Assembly (NCBI RefSeq): GCF_004684055.1
Contig: NZ_SRIB01000010.1
Location: 72,026-96,025, forward strand
Direction of reading: 5' to 3'
Length of the DNA: 24,000 nt
From: Soehngenia longivitae
Lineage (GTDB): Bacteria; Bacillota; Clostridia; Tissierellales; Tissierellaceae
In this document: one piece after another, positions 1 through 6,899 of the stretch
Position numbering within the stretch: position 1 is the stretch's first letter
Layout of the letters: every line of letters begins with the position of its first letter
Program-made: the position numbers and the translations under genes
The notes under the pieces: model-generated
Seen by the model: only the letters and a program-made list of their open reading frames with translations
What the model was told of the DNA's origin: nothing
Database searches by the model: none

Positions 1-51
1 CAACTTAATAATAGTTTATCTTAATATTCTTTTTTTGTAAAGGTTTTTTTA

Positions 52-86
52 AGATATTAAAAGCTGTGTTTTAAAACACAGCTTTT
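52..86 (-). terminator. Probable intrinsic terminator after the 85..1236 gene
   Basis: A perfect 22-nt palindrome AGCTGTGTTTT/AAAACACAGCT lies at 62..83, immediately downstream of the stop codon (85..87) on the minus strand. A T/A-rich tract follows it. Confidence 0.6.
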
Positions 87-1236
87 AATATCTTAAAATT
101 GCTACTATAGGTTTTTCAATTGGTAAGTTTTCTTTTTCTAAAACATAGACTTTGCCACCATTAAACAGAGTCTTTAGCGCTATGAAATCAAATAAGTCTG
201 TGTTTAAAGCTGTTTCTTCATTTGTAACTTCGACTTCAAATTTTTCTTCATCAAATCTCCCAAATAACTGATAGTCCTCTGCAACAAACAATATTTCAAT
301 ATTTCCTGCAAAACTTAACTTAACTAATTCTTTTACATCTTCACTCACTAATTGGGGATTTGCATTTTTTAATTCTAGAAATTTATTCTTATCTTCTTCT
401 ATTTTCTTTTCTATTAATTTTGAATTTATTACCGTAGCTTTTTCATGAATTTCTTTTTCTTTAACTTCCATAGGGCTTCCTTTTATATATTCATCTAAAA
501 TATTTTTATACGAACTTACCTCTTTATACATCGAATATATATATTCAACACTATAGATGATCAAAGGTTTTCTAGTATCATCAATCAATTTACAAACTTC
601 TTTATCTATATTTCTCAAGAAATTTGATATTTCGATTTTTTCTGTTTTACTCAACTCATGAAGGCTGTGCAATCTCCCCCCAAAGCCTCCTCTTGCTGCT
701 CCTTTTGGACTTGTAGCTTCCTGATGAAGTTCATTCCCAGGAACAAAGTTTTTTACTATTTCGTCTATTTGAGGAGAATCAATTTTATTTATTTCAAATG
801 GAGTAGCTTCATACAAATTCACATCTTCTAAACTGAGTGTCAATACATAAAATTGAGATAGTTGAGTAAAGTATTTCAATAAGGGTCTTATATAGAACCT
901 ATTGGACACAATTGACATCTCTTTAAATTTAACAGGTAAAGTGAAGTAAGTAAAAAAGTCATCAGAAATAAATATTGCTAATCCATCTTCTTGATATTGC
1001 CAAAAAATAGTTTCATCGACAAGTCTGTAGGCTGGTTTTAATAGGTTTTCTACATCCCTTTTTGTATATCCTAAACTAGAAAGCTTATCTTCCACCTCAT
1101 TGAGTCTATTTTTTAGTATTATCCTGTTTTGATTTACTTCAATGCCTGCTCTATAAGTAGGCATATAAATAGACACCAATGCCTTACCTTCAAAGTTAGA
1201 TAAATTGATGATTGTGTTTAGTTCTAGTTTTTTCAT
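85..1236 (-). CDS. Conserved cytoplasmic protein resembling the bacterial eRF1-like (baeRF, family-3-like) release-factor-fold proteins
   Basis: Long ORF (track 85..1242). I prefer the third-codon ATG at 1236 because the AAGGGGGAG SD abuts the first ATG but sits 6 nt from the second. N-terminal '...VSIYMPTYRAG...NRIILKN', central 'FYVLTLSLEDVNLYEAT', and C-terminal '...GGKVYVLE...IVAILRY' match my recollection of baeRF3-type proteins. The family call is from memory only. Confidence 0.5.
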   Translation of the reverse strand: MKKLELNTIINLSNFEGKALVSIYMPTYRAGIEVNQNRIILKNRLNEVEDKLSSLGYTKRDVENLLKPAYRLVDETIFWQYQEDGLAIFISDDFFTYFTLPVKFKEMSIVSNRFYIRPLLKYFTQLSQFYVLTLSLEDVNLYEATPFEINKIDSPQIDEIVKNFVPGNELHQEATSPKGAARGGFGGRLHSLHELSKTEKIEISNFLRNIDKEVCKLIDDTRKPLIIYSVEYIYSMYKEVSSYKNILDEYIKGSPMEVKEKEIHEKATVINSKLIEKKIEEDKNKFLELKNANPQLVSEDVKELVKLSFAGNIEILFVAEDYQLFGRFDEEKFEVEVTNEETALNTDLFDFIALKTLFNGGKVYVLEKENLPIEKPIVAILRY

Positions 1237-1328
1237 CAGCATCTCCCCCTTATTGTTTTGTAGTCAATATCTTATGTCTTATATTATAGTTACCACTTTT
1301 ACTCCAACATAAACATTTATAATAATGA

Positions 1329-1357
1329 TTGTATAAGAAAAAAATATATGTTAGAAT
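1329..1357 (+). promoter_or_regulatory. Sigma-A-type promoter for the MerT-like gene
   Basis: TTGTAT (1329..1334), a 17-nt spacer, then TAGAAT (1352..1357), about 30 nt upstream of the ATG at 1386. Confidence 0.45.
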
Positions 1358-1385
1358 AACCCCATAGGGGTATAGGAGGTGTGAA

Positions 1386-1685
1386 ATGAAAGAAAAATTG
1401 ATGGGAGTATTATCTGTCTTTACGGCATTGTCTGCAAGCCTTTGCTGAAGTGGAACGCTTATATTAGCTACCCTAGGTCTAGGGTCAGTGGGAAGTGCTT
1501 ATTTTTCAAATTTGACAAAGTTTAAACCATTGTTTGTATTGTTAACTGGTTTGTTGATTTATAAAGGTTATGTTTCACTTGAAAAAAAGAAAGCATCAAA
1601 ATTTACTAAATTATTCTTTTATATATCATCTTTTGTAGCAATAATTATGCTATACCTTCCAACGATTATAAACTATTTAAGTTAG
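1386..1685 (+). CDS. MerT-like small membrane protein, candidate selenoprotein (in-frame TGA at 1446..1448 read as Sec); alternatively a nonsense pseudogene
   Basis: SD AGGAGGT at 1374..1380 and ATG at 1386. After 20 codons comes TGA at 1446, and the same frame continues into the track ORF 1488..1685 (1488-1386=102, divisible by 3). The read-through product is MKEKLMGVLSVFTALSASLC-U-SGTLILATLGLGSVGSAYFSNLTKFKPLFVLLTGLLIYKGY..., about 99 aa with predicted TM helices. The CU pair aligns with the MerT TM1 CC pair. The 1488 GTG has no SD of its own. Confidence 0.6.
1467..1488 (+). other. SECIS-like stem-loop downstream of the in-frame TGA
   Basis: Stem ACCCTA (1470..1475) pairs with TAGGGT (1480..1485), loop GGUC (1476..1479). 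The stem is extendable by T1469-A1487 and C1468-G1488 with C1486 bulged. The loop G/U lies 30 nt from the U of UGA, within the range generally described for bacterial SECIS elements. Confidence 0.45.
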
Positions 1686-3457
1686 TTTTCTAATTTTCTG
1701 TATAATGTTGCTAAGCTTATATCTAGCCTTTTGGCTAGATTTTTCTTTTCCTCAACACTATCTCCTATTAGTAAAATTTCTTTCTTTAAAAATTCTTTCT
1801 CAAATTCCTTTACAACCTGCTTTAAAGTCTTATCATTTACAATATTGTTTTTCTTAGAACTGATTTTCTTTAAAACCTTACTTTCATCTATTATGTCATT
1901 ATTTTCAAATATGACACAGTACTCTACTATATTTTTTAATTCACGGACATTCCCAGGGAACGAATACTCTAAAAGCAATTTCTCTGCTTTTGTTGTAAAT
2001 CCTTTTATGTTTTTATCATACACTTTATTAAAATTGTCTAGAAAATATCTCGCTAATAATAAAACATCATATCCTCTTTCTCTAAGTGGAGGTATATTTA
2101 TCTGAATTATATTCAACCTATAGAAAAGGTCTTCTCTGAATTCATTCTTTTCCACTAGTAAAGATAAATTCTTATTAGTAGCAGCGATAATCCTAGGATT
2201 TGTTTTTATTGTATTTGTAGAACCTATTCTCTTTATTTCTTTTTCTTCTAAAGCTCTCAATAATTTAACTTGGGTTGAATACTTCAATTCACTTATTTCA
2301 TCTAGTAAAAGTGTCCCATTTGTAGACACTTCAAAAATCCCTTTCTTTCCACTAGCCAAAGCTCCTGTGAACGAGCCCTTCTCATACCCAAACAATTCGC
2401 TCTCTATTAAACTATCTGCTATCGCACCACAGTTTACAGCCATATATATGTCTTTGGATCGATTGCTTGAAAAATGTATAGCTTTTGCAAACACTTCTTT
2501 TCCAGTACCAGTTTCTCCATATATCAAAACCGGTACATCCACCTTGGCACTTTCAATAGCTTGAAGTCTAGCTTGTCTTATAGCTTCACTCTCGCCGACT
2601 ATATCATCAAATGTGGTAAACTCCTTATATCTATCCGATTTCATAATGGAGTCTTTCATCTTTTTGAAATCTTTAAATACAAATACATGCCCTTTTCTCT
2701 CACTACTAAAATAAAATGTATTGATTTGAACCATATATTCATTACCATTTATGTACACTGGTCCTAAATCGCCACAAAATCCTTCAGTAATTTTATCCAA
2801 TATTTTATCTGGTAAAATATCCGATAGCTTGTAATCAAAGTTCTTTTTTAGCTCAAATCTCTTTACTACATATTCATTTGTGCTTTGAATATTTAAGGAG
2901 TTATCAGCGACAATAATGCCTTCATTTATTGAGTTAATGAGTGTTTTAAACTCTAAATGTCTATATTCTAAAAGCTCAGCATAATCCCGTCTTTTTAAAA
3001 TTTCCTCAATTATGCCTCTGATCCTAATTTCTAAATTATAGAATCTGTCCTTATTTAAAACGAAACTTTCTTTTGTCTTTTCATCGAAAGCGCAAAGACC
3101 AATGACTCCAATTATCATATTATCATACTTTATTGGCAAACACATCTCAACTAATTCATTGCATTCAAGTAGATTCTCGCATTGTGTGCAAAACTCATTT
3201 TCTCTAGGATTTACTATAAAATAACTCTCTGCTGTTAATAAGCACTTGTGAAATAACGAATTTAGTGGTGCTTTTTCTCCTATTGTATTTGCCAGCACCC
3301 CAGTAGCGGCTACTCTAAATAATTCCTCATCAACTATTGCCATATCCACATTAGTCACGTCGTGTAAAGATTCAATTATTTCTTGAAGCTCAGATTTTAT
3401 ATCATATAAAAGCGTCACGGTATCACCTACTATATATTTATAATAGTAAGTTATCAT
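1682..3457 (-). CDS. Sigma-54-dependent transcriptional activator (N-terminal Cys-rich sensor/GAF-like domain, PAS, AAA+ sigma-54 interaction domain, C-terminal Fis-type HTH)
   Basis: Walker A 'GETGTGKE', 'ESELFGYEKGSFTGA' (GAFTGA variant), 'LLLDEI', 'FREDLFYRLN', 'GNVRELKN', and a C-terminal HTH 'LAKRLDISLATLYRKL'. An alternative GTG start at 3418 is preceded by AGGTGA, whereas the ATG at 3457 has no clear SD. The stop codon overlaps the stop of the convergent 1386..1685 gene. Confidence 0.9.
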   Translation of the reverse strand: MITYYYKYIVGDTVTLLYDIKSELQEIIESLHDVTNVDMAIVDEELFRVAATGVLANTIGEKAPLNSLFHKCLLTAESYFIVNPRENEFCTQCENLLECNELVEMCLPIKYDNMIIGVIGLCAFDEKTKESFVLNKDRFYNLEIRIRGIIEEILKRRDYAELLEYRHLEFKTLINSINEGIIVADNSLNIQSTNEYVVKRFELKKNFDYKLSDILPDKILDKITEGFCGDLGPVYINGNEYMVQINTFYFSSERKGHVFVFKDFKKMKDSIMKSDRYKEFTTFDDIVGESEAIRQARLQAIESAKVDVPVLIYGETGTGKEVFAKAIHFSSNRSKDIYMAVNCGAIADSLIESELFGYEKGSFTGALASGKKGIFEVSTNGTLLLDEISELKYSTQVKLLRALEEKEIKRIGSTNTIKTNPRIIAATNKNLSLLVEKNEFREDLFYRLNIIQINIPPLRERGYDVLLLARYFLDNFNKVYDKNIKGFTTKAEKLLLEYSFPGNVRELKNIVEYCVIFENNDIIDESKVLKKISSKKNNIVNDKTLKQVVKEFEKEFLKKEILLIGDSVEEKKNLAKRLDISLATLYRKLEN

Positions 3458-3478
3458 TTTTGAGAAATTTAAGCAACA

Positions 3479-4051
3479 TCATTCCCTGAAAATAATAGAT
3501 CCGTCTTTAACTCCATCAATAATCACGAGTGATTCTAAATCTAGACCTTTTTCTCTAATAATATCCCCACCTTTTTGAAATCCTTTTTCTATAACTATAC
3601 CTATGCCTTCTACTTTTGCATTAGCCTGATCAATAATGTCTATCAGTCCTTCTAAAGCCTTTCCATTTGCTAAAAAATCATCTATAATTAATATTTTGTC
3701 TTGTTTATTTATAAACTTTTTAGCTACTCTTACAGTATACGTTTCATTTTTTGTATATGAGTTTACTTTACTTTCATATGTATTATCATCTAAATTAGTT
3801 GACAAAGTTTTTTTAGCAAATACTACATCAACATCAAAATACTGTGCTGTAATAGCAGCAATTGCAATTCCAGAAGCTTCAATTGTCAATATTTTGTTGA
3901 TGTTTTTATCTTTAAATCGTTCATAAAATTCTTTGCCAATTTTATTTAATAGCTTGATATCTAATTGATGATTTAAAAATGAATCAACCATGATTATATT
4001 ATTGTCTTTGACTGTGCTATCCTTAATTATTCTGTTTTTAAGATATTCCAT
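3479..4051 (-). CDS. xpt: Xanthine phosphoribosyltransferase
   Basis: 190 aa, collinear with B. subtilis Xpt as I recall it: 'VDSFLNHQ', 'TIEASGIA', 'VVFAKK', the PRPP motif 'ILIIDDFLANG', and 'GIGIVIEKGFQ'. SD GGAGGAG lies upstream. Confidence 0.93.
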   Translation of the reverse strand: MEYLKNRIIKDSTVKDNNIIMVDSFLNHQLDIKLLNKIGKEFYERFKDKNINKILTIEASGIAIAAITAQYFDVDVVFAKKTLSTNLDDNTYESKVNSYTKNETYTVRVAKKFINKQDKILIIDDFLANGKALEGLIDIIDQANAKVEGIGIVIEKGFQKGGDIIREKGLDLESLVIIDGVKDGSIIFRE

Positions 4052-4126
4052 TTAATCTCCTCCATATAATTTTATTATATACTAATACAATTCAGGACAA
4101 TAATCAACAGAAAGAGAAAGTTGTGT

Positions 4127-4144
4127 ATTCTCATATTTGAGAAT
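4127..4144. promoter_or_regulatory. Candidate enhancer (UAS) palindrome for the adjacent sigma-54 activator
   Basis: ATTCTCA-TATT-TGAGAAT, perfect 7-bp arms, about 100 bp upstream of the -24 element. A second inverted repeat AAGATTT-N5-AAATCTT lies at 4163..4181. Confidence 0.35.
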
Positions 4145-4230
4145 TCATTCTAATTTATTATAAAGATTTTTCATAAATCTTACTAAAATCGTCCTAATAC
4201 AATGTTTTGAGCTTTTTAACAAGCGAATGT

Positions 4231-4250
4231 TTAGGCATGATTATTGCATA
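4231..4250 (+). promoter_or_regulatory. Sigma-54 (-24/-12) promoter
   Basis: TTAGGCATGATTATTGCATA compared with the consensus TGGCACG-N4-TTGCW. GG lies at 4234..4235 and GC at 4246..4247, separated by exactly 10 nt. The predicted TSS is near 4259, just before SD GGAGGGG and the TTG start at 4274. Confidence 0.65.
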
Positions 4251-4273
4251 TTATATCTTTGGAGGGGATATAA

Positions 4274-5533
4274 TTGGAAGAAAAATTATTATCTATATTG
4301 AAAAATCAGGTTGTAAAAGCTTTGGGATGCACAGAACCAGCAGCAGTAGCATTAGCTGTTGCAAAAGCTAGAGAAATATTAGCTGAAGATATAGAGAGCT
4401 TAGAAGTAAATGTAAATACTAATGTATTAAAAAATGGAATGTGTGTAGGTATACCCTTTACTAATGAGAAAGGACTTGTTATGGCTTGTGCTATAGCCAT
4501 GATACATGGTAATTCTTCTGATGGCCTCGAGGTACTAAATAATATAGATGATGATACTTTACAACAAGCTAGGTGCATTGTAGATAGAGACTCTATAAAA
4601 ATAAAAGTGGATTTTGAAAAAGACTTCTTCTATATTGATGTAAGAGCGTATTCAAAAAATAATTATTCACAGGTTATTATTAAAGATAATCACACAAACA
4701 TTTGCTATGAATCTTTGAATGGAAAGGTTATTAAGAATGAAAGTAGTTTAGAAAATAAATTAGACTTAAAAAACGAGATAAAAAATTATGATATAGATGA
4801 TTTAATATATTTCTCAAGGAATATAAATATCGAGAAAATATATTTCATTAAAGAGGGAATAGCTGTCAATTTAAATTTAGCTCAAATCGGAGCAAGTAAA
4901 GATCTCGGAATTGGATTATGTAAGGTGTACATAAGAGATGCTGATGATGTATATAAAAAGGCAAAAGCACTTACCGTGTGTGCATCTGAAGCTAGAATGT
5001 CTGGCTATCCATTATCTGTCATGAGCTCAGCAGGAAGTGGTAATCATGGTTTAGTAGCTATTATACCTCTAGCAGTCATTGGAGAAGTACTTAAAAAAAC
5101 AGAAGAAGAAATAATCAGGGCTATAACTTTAAGTCATTTAGTGACAATTTACGTGAAAGCACATATTGGCACTCTCACTCCTGTATGTGGTTGTTCAGTA
5201 GCTTCCGGTTTAGGCTTAAGTGCAGGGCTTACAATGCTTGAAAATGGAAATGACCAAAAAATAAAGGCAAGTATAAATAACACACTTGCCGGTATCTCTG
5301 GTATGTTTTGTGATGGGGCAAAAGAGGGATGCGCTTACAAATTGTCAATATCTGTTACAGCCGCAATAGAAGCATCTCATTTAGCTCTATCAGGTGTTCA
5401 AATTCCCTATGATAATGGCATACTCGGTGAAACAGTTGAAAAATCAATAAAAAACCTTCATAAAGTGACATCAGAAGGCATGAAAAATGTAGATAGAGAA
5501 ATTCTAGAAATAATGCTTAATAAGCTTAATTAG
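4274..5533 (+). CDS. UPF0597 / L-cysteine desulfidase (YhaM-like, serine dehydratase alpha-like) family protein
   Basis: 419 aa, TTG start with SD GGAGGGG. N-terminal 'VKALGCTEPAAVALA', 'SSAGSGNHG', and 'GMFCDGAKEGCAYK' are collinear with E. coli YhaM motifs (ALGCTEP, SNSGSGNQG, GMICDGASNSCAMK) as I recall them. Confidence 0.85.
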   Translation: MEEKLLSILKNQVVKALGCTEPAAVALAVAKAREILAEDIESLEVNVNTNVLKNGMCVGIPFTNEKGLVMACAIAMIHGNSSDGLEVLNNIDDDTLQQARCIVDRDSIKIKVDFEKDFFYIDVRAYSKNNYSQVIIKDNHTNICYESLNGKVIKNESSLENKLDLKNEIKNYDIDDLIYFSRNINIEKIYFIKEGIAVNLNLAQIGASKDLGIGLCKVYIRDADDVYKKAKALTVCASEARMSGYPLSVMSSAGSGNHGLVAIIPLAVIGEVLKKTEEEIIRAITLSHLVTIYVKAHIGTLTPVCGCSVASGLGLSAGLTMLENGNDQKIKASINNTLAGISGMFCDGAKEGCAYKLSISVTAAIEASHLALSGVQIPYDNGILGETVEKSIKNLHKVTSEGMKNVDREILEIMLNKLN

Positions 5534-5993
5534 CATTTTCTATATCTAGGAGGGCTTTCTTAATTTCAAGTCCTCCTTTGTATCCGACTAATGATTGATC
5601 AGAACCTACTACTCTATGGCATGGGACTATGATAGGAATCGGGTTTTTGTTATTTGCTCTTCCAACAGCTCTATAGGCTTTCTTGTTTTCTATGTTCATT
5701 GCGATTTCTTTATAAGTCTTAGTTTCTCCATATGGTATTTTTAACAATTCATTCCAAACTTTGACTTGAAATTCAGTTCCATACAGTTCAATAGGCACAG
5801 TGAAGATTTTTCTATTACCATTTAAATATTCTTCTATTTGTCTTATTGCATTTTCTATCGTTGGCGTCATCTCAAATTTATATTCTTTATCTATCTTTTC
5901 TTCATTGTACTCAATTCTAAATATTTTTCTGTTTGTCTCGTAAATATTTAAATTCCCAATTTTACTTTCAAAAGAAAAAACATATTTAGGCAT
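5526..5993 (-). CDS. ogt: Methylated-DNA--protein-cysteine methyltransferase
   Basis: 155 aa with 'PCHRVV' active site, 'YGETKTYKEIA', and 'RAVGRANNKNPIPIIVP'. The SD AAGGAG is embedded in the end of the upstream gene. The 3' end overlaps the convergent 4274..5533 gene by 8 nt. Confidence 0.92.
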   Translation of the reverse strand: MPKYVFSFESKIGNLNIYETNRKIFRIEYNEEKIDKEYKFEMTPTIENAIRQIEEYLNGNRKIFTVPIELYGTEFQVKVWNELLKIPYGETKTYKEIAMNIENKKAYRAVGRANNKNPIPIIVPCHRVVGSDQSLVGYKGGLEIKKALLDIENAN

Positions 5994-5994
5994 T

Positions 5995-6792
5995 TTAATT
6001 TGCTCCTTTTTTGATGTTTTTATATCTTTGAATGTTTTCTTCTGTTAAAAATTCATAAGCATCATTGATCTCTTGAAATCTTCTAGTTGCATCTGGCGCT
6101 TTGTTTAAATCAGGATGGTACTCTTTCGCTTTTTTTCTATATGCCAATTTCACTTGATAAATGTCAGTTTCTGGTGATACTCCCAATAGTTCACAGCTTT
6201 TTTCATATTTACTAATAAATTCAGTCGTAGGGTTTTGATATGTTGCACCTCTGTATTGCCCATTTCCATTCTGATAGTAGCCTTGATATCCCCTGTTGAA
6301 ATTTTGATATTCTTGCCACTGCCTAAATCTTTCTTCCCACTCTTCTTTTTCTCTTCTCTGCCTTTCTTCCCTCTCTTTTCTTTCCCTTTCTTCTTCCATA
6401 TTTCTATATTTTCTGCTGAATTCATCAAAAGACTTGTACTCTGTTTTTCCTTCGATCAAATATTCACTTAAGTCAAATAAATATTCAGTTGTTATATATT
6501 TTAGATATTGTAGATATGAAATAAATTTCTTCCCTAAAATCGGAATTACAATAAATAGAAATATTGTAATAATAGTTATCGGATTAAATAATAGTGCTAT
6601 TCCTAAAGGTGAGAATAAAAGAAATATTACTAATATGCCACCCATCGCTATCAATGTCAATAATATTTTGCCTAGTCCCACTATTAAATCCACTATGGTT
6701 GTAAATATCCAAATCAGTCCGTCAAAAATTATAGAAATCACTTTTGCTAAACCGTAAATAAATTTTCCTGCAATTTTTTTTAAAAAGTTCAT
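5995..6792 (-). CDS. Membrane-anchored J-domain (DnaJ-like) protein
   Basis: N-terminal hydrophobic helices, an E/R/K-rich then Q/N/Y/G-rich linker, and a C-terminal J domain 'YQVKLAYRKKAKEYHPDLNK...FQEINDAYEFL' with the HPD motif. I prefer the start at ATG 6792 (MNFLKK...) because SD AAGGGGA lies 5 nt upstream. The track start at 6831 lacks an SD. Confidence 0.75.
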   Translation of the reverse strand: MNFLKKIAGKFIYGLAKVISIIFDGLIWIFTTIVDLIVGLGKILLTLIAMGGILVIFLLFSPLGIALLFNPITIITIFLFIVIPILGKKFISYLQYLKYITTEYLFDLSEYLIEGKTEYKSFDEFSRKYRNMEEERERKEREERQRREKEEWEERFRQWQEYQNFNRGYQGYYQNGNGQYRGATYQNPTTEFISKYEKSCELLGVSPETDIYQVKLAYRKKAKEYHPDLNKAPDATRRFQEINDAYEFLTEENIQRYKNIKKGAN

Positions 6793-6860
6793 CACAATCC
6801 CCTTTAATTTTGTATAAATTATACTATTCATACTAACTTAATGCTCTTAAAAATACAACT

Positions 6861-6899
6861 AAAAAAACTAAAGGCTCTGAAATTATTCAGAACCTTTAG
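6861..6899 (-). terminator. Intrinsic terminator of the CBS-domain gene operon
   Basis: A 14-bp stem with one mismatch, CTAAAGGCTCTGAA (6868..6881) / TTCAGAACCTTTAG (6886..6899), overlaps the stop codon. On the minus strand it is followed by T7 (complement of 6861..6867). Confidence 0.7.

Noticed and set aside
1359-1371. Palindrome ACCCC-ATA-GGGGT near the predicted TSS, considered as a MerR-type operator
   Set aside because: MerR-family operators lie between -35 and -10 elements with a 19-20 bp spacer. Here the spacer is 17 bp, the palindrome lies downstream of the -10, and no merR-like gene is nearby. It may just be a 5' RNA stem.
1488-1685. Stand-alone 65-aa ORF starting at GTG 1488
   Set aside because: No ribosome-binding site precedes the GTG. 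The same frame is open back to a strong SD+ATG at 1386 except for one TGA, and the upstream 20 codons complete a MerT-like first TM helix. It is treated as part of the longer recoded (or disrupted) gene.
1731-2767. Plus-strand ORFs 1731..2105, 2367..2564 and 2474..2767
   Set aside because: They are antisense to the well-supported sigma-54 activator gene and have low-complexity Phe/Ser/Leu-rich translations typical of AT-rich antisense frames.
4052-4273. Expected purine (guanine) riboswitch upstream of xpt
   Set aside because: I read the minus strand of the intergenic region and found none of the conserved purine-riboswitch core segments. The region is instead occupied by the divergent sigma-54 promoter and palindromes.
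6150-6757. ORFs 6150..6428 (-), 6235..6471 (+) and 6434..6757 (+)
   Set aside because: They are alternative-frame or antisense ORFs inside the J-domain protein gene. The repetitive K/E/G or F/P/L translations reflect the purine-rich charged-linker coding region.
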